Shown: one piece after another, positions 1 through 12,500 of the stretch
Position numbering within the stretch: the first letter of the stretch is position 1
Layout of the letters: each line of letters opens with the position of its first letter
DNA from: Macrostomum lignano
Lineage: Eukaryota
Direction of reading: 5' to 3'
NCBI GenBank assembly: GCA_002269645.1
Contig: NIVC01000751.1
Location: 124,001 to 188,000, forward strand
DNA length: 64,000 nt
Made by a program: the position numbers and the translations under genes
Notes under the pieces: generated by a model
Database searches by the model: none
Seen by the model: only the letters and a program-made list of their open reading frames with translations
Told to the model about the DNA's origin: nothing

Positions 1-184
1 ATTTCACTCATAACATCCAGGACTACAACATGGCATGATTAAAAATGTGGATTTCGAAAAAAAAAATTTCTCACTGGACCCCCTATAAGAAGTTATTCCA
101 GCCAGTTGAAAAAAGTTTGCAATTAAAAATTTGGGGTTCTTCAGGTCTGAATATTTTCAGCTTGTCCCTCCGGGAGCAGGAACT

Positions 185-1094
185 TTGCCAGCCTTAAAGT
201 TGCTAGCCGGACAAGTTGTCGGCCGGACAAGTTGCCAGCCAGAAAGTTGCCATATTGGCCGGACAAGTCGCCAGCCGAACAAGTTGCCAGCCGGACAAGT
301 TGCCAGCCGGACAAGTTGCCAGCCGGACAAGTTGCCAGCCGGACAAGTTGCCAGCCGGACAAGTTGCCAGCCGGACAAGTTGCCAGCCGAACAAGTTGCT
401 AGCCGGACAAGTTGTCGGCCGGACAAGTTGCCAGCCAGAAAGTTGCCATATTGGCCGGACAAGTTGCCAGCCGGACAAGTCGCCAGCCGAACAAGTTGCC
501 AGCCGGACAAGTTGCCAGCCGGACAAGTCGCCAGCCGAACAAGTTGCCAGCCGGACAAGTTGCCAGCCGGACAAGTTGCCAGCCGGACAAGTTGCCAGCC
601 GGACAAGTCGCCAGCCGGACAAGTCGCCAGCCGAACAAGTTGCCAGCCGGACAAGTCGCCAGCCGGACAAGTTGCCAGCCGGACAAGTTGCCAGCCGGAC
701 AAGTTGCCAGCCGGACAAGTTGCCAGCCGAACAAGTTGCTAGCCGGACAAGTTGTCGGCCGGACAAGTTGCCAGCCAGAAAGTTGCCATATTGGCCGGAC
801 AAGTTGCCAGCCGGACAAGTTGCCAGCCGGACAAGTTGCCAGCCGGACAAGTTGCCAGCCGGACAAGTTGCCAGCCGGACAAGTTGCCAGCCGGACAAGT
901 TGCCAGCCGGACAAGTTGCCAGCCGGACAAGTTGCCAGCCGGACAAGTTGCCAGCCGGACAAGTTGCCAGCCGGACAAGTTGCCAGCCGGACAAGTTGCC
1001 AGCCGGACAAGTTGCCAGCCGGACAAGTTGCCAGCCGGACAAGTTGCCAGCCGGACAAGTCGCCAGCCGGACAAGTTGCCAGCCGGACAAGTTG
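185..1094. repeat. 16-bp minisatellite TTGCCAGCCGGACAAG
   Basis: About 56 units; gives the 16-aa periodic pseudo-ORFs in the track. Confidence 0.95.
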
Positions 1095-1619
1095 TTTTGC
1101 AGTGAACTCTGTTCGGCTGGCATGGTTATAGCCCCATGCAGTAATTACATTAACAAATTCCCATATGCAAGCTTCTGGCCGAAAATGTGGCTAAAAACTC
1201 TCAGATAGCGCTGATGCAGAGCAATCCTATGGCTCTCTGAGACCCAGCTGGTGAATTCTTACATGAGATAAGCTGCTTTGGTGCCTGAGTCAGCACTCTT
1301 ACTAGTATAGTAAGTACATGGTTGGTTCAAAATGATTGATTTGTCCACTGCAAGCATTGCCTTTCAGCTTAGCAGCTCAGTTGAGCTGGCATTGCGAATC
1401 GAAGAAAGAAAACAAAATAAATTATCCGATCCGACCAGATATTTTCAAACTCCTTTAGAGCGAACATGCTACTATTAGTATTAAAGTCCGGAATTTTGTC
1501 TAGACAAGTTCAGCACATGAAAAGAAAGCCAGAAATTGCAATACTCAATCAAACTGAAAACAGGGCCAGATAATTAAAGGAACACTCCCAGCTAAGCGAG
1601 TTTAATTGTAGCCTCTCAC

Positions 1620-1865
1620 CCAACCAATCAGATGTTCGGACTGCCGATGGCTAATAAGGTATCCTGAGCCGACTCTCGATGAAGTTCCAGTAGTTGTCAT
1701 CGAACTTGATGTCCCGCGACGGGGAGACTTTAAATAGGAATCAACTTTTACGTGATTTGTTACAGTGAAATACGTCGATTCTGATTGGCCGAGCCGATTT
1801 GTTAAAACTCAGGTTGAAGTTTCTGATTGGCTGGGCCGATTAGTTAAAACTCACGTCGAAGTTCG
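1620..1865. promoter_or_regulatory. Cluster of CCAAT-like boxes with a 41-bp tandem duplication
   Basis: CCAATCAG near 1624; two copies of CTGATTGGC...GCCGATT.GTTAAAACTCA at about 1781-1860. No associated gene identified. Confidence 0.25.
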
Positions 1866-2469
1866 GGATTGAAGAGGAGAGGCAGTGGGAAAAATAGCAG
1901 GAATATTATAGGATTTAAACAAATGTAAGTCACAACTGTGAAAACATCGTGATTATCCCAGACCATCGATCTGGCACCTGTAGACCCACAATGCCAGGTG
2001 GTCGCCAAATACCTTGACCCTGGTGATTAATGACCCAAAATTTACGAGCATCATGGGGAAAGCCTTCGGCGACATCTAAAGGTCAAACTCTCGAATCTAT
2101 ATCGCTAAATCAGAATAAATAAAGAAAAAAAGCAAGAGGGCATAACTGATATTTGCAATGCAATTTTTTAAGAAACTGCTCGATTTTTTCTAGAATCAAA
2201 AGAATTGCTGTATTTTTAAAGAACGGTATCGTTAGAAGCAAATATGAAACATTTAGTACATGCGGATATAGATAATAACAAAATTAACAGACTCGCGTGA
2301 TCATTAAGGCAAAAACTAGGAAAAGAGTAAGCAAATTTTTATAAACTTGTTATTAACGAACCTCTAAATAAGAACTACGAAAGGATGCATGATGCATCAG
2401 AGTAGATCAGTATTTTATTTTAAGGGAGCAAGGTGGCAGTTCGAAGCAGTGAGTGAGTTGGTTGAGACA

Positions 2470-2810
2470 GATGTCAGGTGGGTGTTAAGGGCAGGGAGTG
2501 GGTGGGTGTTAGGGACAGGGAGTTGTGTGGGTGTTTGGGGCAGGGAGTGAGGTGGGGTTTGGGGCATGCAGGGAGTGAGGTGGGGGGTTGGGGCAGGGAG
2601 TGAGGTGGGGTTTTGGGGCATGGAGTGAGGTGGGGGGCTGGGGCAGGGAGTGAGGTGGGTTTTTGGGGCAGGGAGTGGTGCGGGTGTTTGAGGCAGAGTG
2701 AGGTGGGTGTTTAGGGCAGGGAGTGAGGTGGGTGCTCGAGACAGGGAGTGAGGTGGAGGTTCGGTGCAATGGGGTGGGGGTTTGGGACAGGGTGCGAGGT
2801 GTTGAGGCAG
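2470..2810. repeat. Degenerate 23-25-bp G-rich minisatellite GGGGCAGGGAGTGAGGTGGGTGTT
   Basis: Directly visible. Confidence 0.85.
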
Positions 2811-3567
2811 ATGGCAAACAATAGTTTGAGTTGCAATACATAATTATGATTAGAACAGCGCGTGATTTAGCAGGCAATTAAAACATTGATTGGAAAATCG
2901 GCATACATAATTGAGTAAATAGTACACTTCAAGGTGAAAGGATGAAATTTTATTAACCTGCGGTTCTCTGAGCACATAGTAAAGAAAATACCAAAAACTA
3001 TAAATAAGCTGGATTACAGAAAATGGTTCTTAAAGATATTATTTAAAGATAACAAGTTTTTGTTAATAACAGAGTACTAAAATGGCAGTAACTAGCAAAC
3101 TATCTACTCATAGTATTAGACAAAAGAAGTAGGAAAACTGCTTAGACTGCTTGGTGATGCTTTACAGATTCGGATTAGTTTAGTAATCTGGCTCAGTAAT
3201 CAGGTGATTAAGGTTTTGTACAGTCGAGGCACAAATTGGTTTTGTTTGTTTATTTCTACTCAGAAGAGTCTTTTTTCATAATTAATAAACAACAATATTA
3301 CGTTGAATTACATAGGAAAAATGAATATATATTCAAAGAAAAATTTATGACAACAGAGTTAATTAAGGAACTCAAAAGAAAAAGTAAAACGTTGAAAGTG
3401 ATTAATATACTTTTTATTTACTTAGCGCCTCACTATATTTGACTAGTCACCACACCTGACTAACAGACTACTGGTAACCAGATCGTATAAAAAGGTTGGT
3501 CAGAATCTGCATCTACATCTAAGAGGGTCTCTTGACTAACAAAACTGGCCATTGTTCTCATTGCATC

Positions 3568-6500
3568 TCAGACCGGCAGCACCAGCTGCGCCAGCTTCAT
3601 CAGGTCCGATCGCATCGATTGATTGCGGCACACGAGCCGGACCAAATCCTGGGGCAGGCGCATTCTGCGGGATAAAGTTATGAAAACAAATCAAATCGGC
3701 TTTAAAAATAGATTCTCTAATTATAATATTCATATTTTCATAATCAAATATATTATGAGGTTTGGGGCAGGGGGATTAGAGCTGGGAGTGGGGTGGGTGT
3801 TTGGGGCAGGGAGTGGGGTATGTTTGGGGCAGGGAGTGGGGTATGTTTGGGGCAGGGAGTGGGGTATGTTTGGGGCAGGGGTGAGAATGTTTGGGCAGGA
3901 GTTGTGCACAGCTCTGTGCACATTGAGCACTGTGTGTTGCAGTTCAAGGCGACAGTCGACCCGCTGCCAGCGAGTATACTCAATCACATTTGCTTATGTT
4001 CATTCCGCTGGCAGCTGCTGAGCACATTTTGTGCACAAGCCCCAAATGTACTTTTAACACCTGTTATTTAAGAGCCAGGTTTTGCGTCTAGTGTCCCCGA
4101 ACTCCATCATAAACCCATGACGAAGCCTCTAATAAAGTCCCCTCACCCGTGCAAATCCGTGACGGCACCAAACTCGGCGGCCGGGTATTTCTCCAGCAGC
4201 TGCACAAGCTGCCTAACGCTGCCTAGCAACCGATCGGCGTCCTTAGCAACCGACTGACGCGTCAGTAGGCGTTGAATTCGTCGGTCCCGATAGCGTCGCT
4301 TGTGAACGGCCGCGTGAGCTCGCGAGGCGGCCTGGCCGGAGGCAACGAAGCCGCAGCGGGGCAGCGCTGCTGAGCAGTCTCGCTAGCCGATTTGCCGACA
4401 GTGGCTGCCCGGGTCCGGTGGCCCTGCTTGTGCACGATCAGGTCCCGGTGGCTCAAGCCCAGCCAGGGGCAGCGCTGGCACGAGTGGAACTCCTCGCTAG
4501 CTGGCAGCTGCTTCTCCTTCATCAACTCCGTTTTCAAAGATTCCGAAGCGGCTCGCTTTGAAGAAGCTCCAACGATGCTCTTAGTTGCTGCTGTTGTCGT
4601 TGTTGACGTAGCCGACATGGTCGAAGCGGAGTCGTTAGCAGCGGCGGCGGCGGCGGTGGCCGAGGCGGCGGCGGCCGCGGCGGCGTGAGCGGCAAAGTCT
4701 TGCATAAACAGCAGATTTGGCGGCGGGGGCGGCGGAGGCGGCGGCGGTTGCGGATGCTGGGGATGCAGCACAGAGGTAGGATGATGATGAAGCGGATGTC
4801 CTGGCAGGCCGAGGCGGCCGACAAAATAGCCCGGGGCGGCTAAAAACGGAGGCGGCGGCGGCAGCGGCGGTGGCGGCTGCTGAGGCAGGTAGGCGGCGGC
4901 TCTGGCGAGGTGCTCCATCAGCGAGTTGGAAGCTGCGGGCTCCTCAGACTGCAGAAGAGACTGCTGATGCCGCTGCTGCTGCTGCTGCAGCTGACGCCGA
5001 AAAAGCTCCGACTGATAATGGAAAGCGGCTGACGGCGGCAGCGGCGGAAAGAAACTCTTTGGCGCTGCATCCTGCTGCTGCTTTTGCTGCTGCTGAGTGG
5101 TGGTGAGATCCTCGGGGTCTTCACCCTCCGCCTCAGCTTCCTGCTCCATCGGGGTCTCGCCCGAGTTGTTCTCAAATGTCTCGATGGTCTCCGGCGGGTC
5201 CAGAAGCTCCGTGCCGTTAGAAGCCATGGGCTTAGCCGGGAAGCTGTGTCCGTATTTCTCTAAGCTGTCGCGCGCCTCATCAATGCTCAGGATTCGAACC
5301 GCGGCGCCACAATCGTGCTTCCGCTTGTTGTGGCGGACAATGTCGGACCTGTAATTGGAGCGGTAGCCGCAGCCCGAGCACATGAACCGCTTCAGCCTGA
5401 GCTGGTCAACTCGGGGACTGCCAAAGAAGCCCGAGGCGGCAGCGGCTGCTGATGACGAGGAGGCTGCAGTTGCCAGGAGGGGCGGCGTTTGAGTCATCTC
5501 GCTGCTCACTGCGGACCTGCGGAGGCGGTGCAGAAAAAGCAACGATTTGCAGTAGCAATCAAAGATCTCGGACGATGATCCCAGTTCCCAAATGCCGATC
5601 TCAAAGTAAAGAATAGGAATCCAGATTTCTCGACCCAATTTAGATCCCTAAAAATCCCCAACCTTGAATCCCTAAATTCACAGATCAATACGGATCAAAA
5701 GCCAAGAAGCGTCCCAGAAGCACTTCCGTCGACCCAGAGTTGTTACAGGTAACGCAGGTAAAATAGAAAAGAATCGACTCCAAACGACGCTAAACCGACA
5801 ATACGTCACGGTACAAAATCGCCAAAAAGTCAGTCTTAAAGAGTCGCCTAAGGGTCAATTTGAGGCGTTTTGAGGCATCTGCGACTCTGAAACTACGCAA
5901 GTGACTCTGGGGCCGTACAGTCGTATCTGAGGCGTGATAGAGTCGCTGTCACTGTAGCTTAAGTAGGTCACTTACAATCGTCTCCCCGTTTGAGTAATTT
6001 GAGTTTGAGCCGTTTGAGTCATTAAAAAGTCACAAGAGCCGCCCCAGAATCGCTAGAGTCAAGTGCTAGTGACTTGTTTGCAATGGCTCTTTAGCGATTA
6101 TTGTCACGGTAACGTTGTCAATGGTAAAATCCCAGACCCCGGTAATAAAAAACTCTCAACTCTCCAGCTCTCAATTTCGGCTTTAGACTCCTAGAAGGCC
6201 CCTGAGCATCACCACACACCTGCTAGCATCGTCCATATCCGCATCCGTGGCGTCGGTAGCGGTAGCAGCGGAGGCCGCGACACCACAGACAGCCCCAGAG
6301 TTGGCAACAGAGGCGTTGCACTTCCTCGAAGTCATGTACTCGTCTAAAGTCCGCTTAGCGTCCTCGTTGCTAAGGGTCTCAACAAATGCGTCTGGCTGGT
6401 TGCTATGGGCCTGTCTAATATGCTTGCGCACGTCCCACTTCCAATTGGACCGGTGACCGCAGGCCGAGCAGCGGAACGGCCGGTTGTAGCCGTCGCCAGC

Positions 6501-9500
6501 TTCGGCCAGTTCGTCTTTCACTTTGCCTTTGACGTCGCGCATGTACGACTCAATGGTGGCCTCCGCCTCGGCGCTGCTCATCGTCTCCGTGCACGCATCG
6601 CCGCGTTCCGGGTGCGCCACCTTGGTGGGATTGAGGTTTATCAGTTTAACAGGTGGTTACTGCAGGTAAGGTGATTATCAGGTAGGTTTATTAACAGGTA
6701 GGATGATTGTCAGGTGGGATGATTATCAGGTGGAATGATTGTTAAGTAGGATGATTATCGGGTAGGATGATTATCGGGTAGGATGATTATCGGGTAGGAT
6801 GATAATCAGGTAGGGCGATTATCAGGTAGGTTGATTATCAGGTAGGATGATTATTGGGTAGCGTGATTATCAGGTAGGGTGATTATCAGGTAGGGTGATT
6901 ATCAGGTAGGGTGATTATCAGGTAGGGTGATTATCGGGTAGGATGATTATCAGGTACGATGATTATCAGATAGGATGATAATCAGGTAGGATGATTATCA
7001 GGTAGGATTATTATCGGGTAGGGTGAGTATCAGGTAAGGTGATTACTGATTATCAGGTAAGGTGATTATCAGGTAGGCTGATACAATCATCGCTGACTCA
7101 CCTTAATATGCTTATTAATGTCCCATTTCCAATTGGATCGATGGCCGCAGACGGAGCAACGAAACGGCCGGCTGCCCTGCACACCTTTGCCGCTGCAGCT
7201 GGTGGCTTTAACGGCCGGCAAACTGCCGGAGCTTGGCTGGGATGAGGAATTTTTGGGCTGCTGCTTCTGCTCGGACGACACCTGAGGTTGCTGCTGCTGC
7301 TGCTGCAGTTGCTGCCGCTGGTGCTGGTGCAGTAGCATCAGGCGCACGGCACCCTGCTGGTACCAGCCGAGGGAGTTGCGAGCTTCGGCCTCGTCCAGGT
7401 GCAAAATTGAGGCTGCGGCCGCCTCGGCGGGATGAGCGCCTGACAGGTGTCTGCGAGTGCAGGTTCAGGTTAACAATAGGGATTTGTTCTTATGGAGAGA
7501 ACTCTAATAGGGGGCTCTGCAGAATTGCATACAGAACTGGGATTTGAGGTCAGAATGAGGTACTTGGGATCATAACGAAGAATTCGAGGACACAATGGAG
7601 GATCAGAAAGAATGAGGAGTCCGGAATTAGAATCGAGATTTAGGGATCAGAATGGGTTTTATGGGATCACAATGGGGCTTAAGGAATCAGGGTGGGGCTT
7701 AAGGAATCAGAATGGCATTAAGGAGTCAGAATGGCATTTAGGGATCAGAATGTGAATTTCAAGGATCAGAATGGGATTTAGGGATCAGAATGGGATTTAG
7801 GGATCAGAATGTTAATTTCAAGGATCAGAATGGGATTTAGGGATCAGAATGGGGATTTAGGGATTAAAATGGGATTTAGGGATCAGAATGTTAATTTCAA
7901 GGATCAGAATGTGAATTTCAAGGATCAGAATGGGATTTAGGGATCAGAATGGGGATTTAGGAATCAGAATGAGGATTTCGGGGATCAAAATGGGGATTTA
8001 GGGATTAGAATGGGATTTAGGGATTAGAATAGGATTTAGGAATCAGAATGAGGATTTCGGGGATCAAAATGGGGATTTAGTATCATAAATTCAGATGCCT
8101 CCTCACCTCGCCATCTCCCAGTCGCCGCCGCCGCGCCACCCACAGAGGCCGCAGAGCGCGGGCAGCAGCGCGGACTCGGGCGCCACCTGAGCCCTGGCGC
8201 CAGTCTCGGCAACAGCCGTATAAGCCCTAACTGAGTCGCAGTGCTCCCGCCTGATGTGCTTCTCAGACTCCCAGGACAGGTGAAACCGCTTGCCGCAGGC
8301 GCTGCACCTGTACGGCCTGGAGCCGTTATGAGTAGCCAGGTGAGAGCGCAGATCCGCAACTGACTGGCAGACGAAGCTGCAGACACTGCAGGGAAATATT
8401 GGAGTCTCCGGCTGCTGCTGTTGAAGCGGCTGCGGCACCGCGGGCGAGTTCTGACCAGCCAGAAGCGACGAAGAAGACTCGTCGATGTCGTTCAGCGACC
8501 GCGAGGCCAGCTCCTCCTGACTGGCCGTGGACCTGGCCGCCCTAGTGCCGGCGTTATTCTTATAATTAGCCATGATTTCGCTCAGAGTTTTATCGTCCGC
8601 AATCTCGCGCCGATGATGCGCCTCCAGGTGTCGCTTTAAGTCGCCTTTCCAAGCGGAGTTGTAGGCGCAGAAATGGCAGGCGAACGGCTTCACGCCCAGG
8701 TGTAGGCGGTTGTGCCTGCTCAGCTCGGACTGGTACTTGGCCTGATAGGAGCAGTGACTGCAGCGGTACAGGCCGTGGCTGTCCGGCTTCTTGCTGCCTC
8801 GATCGATGCCGTGGCTTGCCTGCAGGTGCTGGCTGAGATCGCCGTGCCAGTTGAAGGTGGCGCTGCACTGCGAGCACCGGTATTTTCGGCTGGACGACGG
8901 CTGGCTGCTGCCGCTGCCGCCAACGCCGCCCCCGCCGCCACCGACGCTGCTGCTGCAGTCGATTGAGAGGCGGCTGTCTTCTTCTGCTGAAGCAGCAGCA
9001 GCGGCAGCGGCGCCGCCATGCGTCAGGATGTGCGACTCCAGCAGGGAGAGGCTGCCTGCGGCGAGTCCGCAGTGCGGGCAGACGTACGCTACCCCAGCGG
9101 AGGCTGACGACGTGCCCGAAGCTGCGGCTGTTGCTGCTGCGGCCGACGCCGCCACGACTGCCTCTTCGCCCAGGTAGAAACCGTTGTCTAAAGATGTGTC
9201 GTCTTCTGCGGGGTAGGCAGTTTCCGGGGGCTGTCAATCACAGGTGCGTGTTCATTGGAGATGTCAATCACCTAAAGCTGTATTTATCGAGCCTTCAATT
9301 ATCTAGGTGTGTTTATCGGGGCCGTCAAATCATCCAGGTGTTTATCGGGGATGTCAAATCATTCAGGTGTTTATCGGGGATGTCAAATCATCCAGGTGTT
9401 TATCGGGGATGTCAAATCATTCAGGTGTGTTTATCGGGACTGTCGATTATCCAAGTGTATTTATCGGGACTGTCAAATCCTCCAGTTGTGTTTATCGGGA

Positions 9501-12500
9501 CTGCCAATTATCTAGGTGTATTTATCGGAACTGTCAACAATCCAAGTGAGTTTATCGGGGTGGTCAATCAATCATCAAGGTGTGTTTATCGGGGTGGTCA
9601 ATCATCCAGGCCCGTGTTTTCGGGGTGGTCAATCATTCAGGTGTGTTTATCGGGGCTGTCAACCATCAGGTGTGTTTATCGGGGCTGTCAATCATCAGGT
9701 GTGTTTATCGGGGCTGTCAACCATCAGGTGTGTTTATCGGGGCTGTCAACCATCAGGTGTGTTTATCGGGGCTGTCAACCATCAGGTGTGTTTATCGGGG
9801 CTGTCAACCATCAGGTGTGTTTATCGGGGCTGTCAACCATCAGGTGTGTTTATCGGGGCTGTCAACCATCAGGTGTGTTTATCGGGGCTGTCAACCATCA
9901 GGTGTGTTTATCGGGGCTGTCAACCATCAGGTGTGTTTATCGGGGCTGTCAACCATCAGGTGTGTTTATCGGGGCTGTCAATCATCAGGTGTGTTATCGG
10001 GGCAGTCTATTATCCACATACACGCGCAACAGTCGGCCGAGTCGGCCGATCCGGCCGACTGATTTGGTGGCCAACAAAGGAAGTCGCGAAAAGGCCCACC
10101 TGAAAAAAATACCCAAGTAGTTGTACTAAGTAGCTGACGAGGCATTTTGGCTTAAAAGGACAGTCATAGTTACTCCTGCCGTTTACCCAAAGTTGCGTTA
10201 ATTTTGCTTTAGGGTTTTTTACATGTAAGTCGCATTTTTGGCCAAAAACTACGTCGCATTTTTGTTAAAACTAAGTCGCACGGCCGACCGAATTTTGGAG
10301 GTTGCTCATGTATGATTATCCAGGTGTGTTTATAGGGGTGGTCAATCATCCAGGTGTGTTTATCAGGGCTGTCAATCATTCAGGTGTGTTTATCGGAGAT
10401 GCGAATCATCCAAAGGTGTATTTATCGGGGCTGTCAATTATCCAGGTGTATTTATCAGGGCTGTAAATTACCCACGTGTGTTTATCGGAGTGGTCAATCA
10501 TTCAGGTGTGTTTATCGGGGATGCCAATTATTAGGTGTCTATCGGGCCATCGGGGTTGTCAATCGTCCTGGGGTTAATGGGTGTTGCTAATTATCTAGGC
10601 GTGTTTAATCCAGGTTGTCAATCATGACTCACTCGCAGACGAGTCTATTAGCATAATAAACTCGGGATTAACTCACCGGATGTGCCGTCTCCTCTGCCTA
10701 GCTCGGCGTCGCCCAGATCTCCCTGATCCGACCCTGATCGATGGTTGTTCTCGCGATGCCGAGCCATCAATTCGCTGGAGCCAGCTAGGTGGCATTGATT
10801 GAACTGAAATTCAGCCGGCTGTAGTTCACCTGAGCCGCAGGCTAAACTGGATTCTGAGATCTCCATGGTTGCAGCGCTGTGCTTACCGGTTGACTGGCAG
10901 CTGTTTAAGGACGAGTATAAAAAAATAGGCCTGTGTACAGACAGCTTGTACATGTACTTGCACAGTGCAGGGCGCAACCCTATCTGGGGGGTTATGGCTA
11001 ATGTAAAGGAGCAGCCTATTCATCTGCAGACTAATCGCGGCCATCTCTGCTTAACTTTCTCACTCGGCTAGGGAATTCTAAAAGAGGCAGAGCAGCCCCC
11101 AAGGCACAGAGACTCAGAGTCTACAATACATGCTTAATGATTATAAAGTCGGGGGCGCTGTACATCCTGTGTATGTGCTCAGAAGTGCTCAGAAGTACTG
11201 TGAGTACTTCTTATTTTTATTGAGGGGACCCCGCTGATGCTGGAAAATACATAGGCATAATAGGCGCGCATGTCTATTTGAATTGCAATAAGCGCGCCAT
11301 ATATTCTGGACATAAGTTCGCCGAGGACGTTGCCACCCACAAGAGCGCAAGAACCATACCGGACTAGCAAACTATAAGACATCAGAGCAGATATGACACT
11401 ATACACTAGGAATAAGTTTCTAGTTAGAATTTTATTTCGCATTCATTGAGTTGTACTGAACTAACACCCACACCTTGACTATTGTATATGTACTGTTCAA
11501 TCCAGTTCAAAGGCACTCAGTTAGGCGCCGCAGGCAGGCACTCATTTTGGCGCCGCAGGCAGGCACTCATTTTGGCGCCGCAGGCACTCATTTTGGCGCC
11601 GCAGGCAGGCACTCATTTTGGCGCCGCAGGCACTCATTTTGGCGCCGCAGGCAGGCACTCATTTTGGCGCCGCAGGCACTCATTTTGGCGCCGCAGGCAG
11701 GCACTCATTTTAGCGCCGCAGGCACTCATTTTGGCGCCGCAGGCAGGCACTCATTTTGGCGCCGTAGGCACTCAATTTGGCGCCGCAGGCAGGCACTCAT
11801 TTTGGCGCCGCAGGCAGGCACTCATTTTGGCGCCGCAGGCACTCATTTTGGCGCCGCAGGCAGGCACTCATTTTGGCGCCGCAGGCACTCATTTTGGCGC
11901 CGCAGGCACTCTTTGACGCCGCATGCACTATATTTTGGCGCCCTAAAGCAAAATTATTGATTTACATAACGGATCACAAGGTGCGTCGGGGGGGGGGGGG
12001 CATAAAGCGTTGGCATGTCCCCCCTATACCTTGTGGCAACACACCATGCCCGATTTCCTTGCGCGCTTCTGGTAAAGCACCTTCATCTTTGTGCGCTCCT
12101 ATGCCTATGGCACTGAAAATGGCTTATCATGTCAACCCAAAGAATTCCATGCAAGAAGGGTATACGGGAAAAGGTATAGAAGCCATTAGCCAACCATTTA
12201 ACCAGCAGCAGAAGAAAAAGCAAAGCAATAACTGCGGACAAGCCACAATTGCACAATACAAGAAGACCGAAGAAAAGAAAGCTATACGCGCTCCCATCTC
12301 AAAGAGAAAGAAATGAGATAGAACGAAACGAAAGAAGACACAAACGCAAAAACTTCTATATAATAGCCGCGAACTGCAGGTGCAGCAAAACACACATATT
12401 AAAGGCTGGGGAGGCTGTTATAACTTTTCTAAGGATTCTTCGAGACCCTGGGGGCGAAGAAGATTTGGAAGAGATTTGAGAACAACAAACTGAGAATGAA

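Noticed and set aside
131-1208. Long ORFs in several frames
   Set aside because: Periodic translations of a stop-free 16-bp repeat.
3793-4071. Plus-strand exon or ORF (VVHSSVHIEHC...)
   Set aside because: Lies antisense within ZnF intron 6, starts in a minisatellite, and has no partner exons or recognisable motif.
4262-4360. ZnF C-terminus ending ...DEFNAY as in the ORF track
   Set aside because: The alternative frame gives a complete finger and an in-phase splice to a further exon; this ending holds only if reads confirm four Gs.
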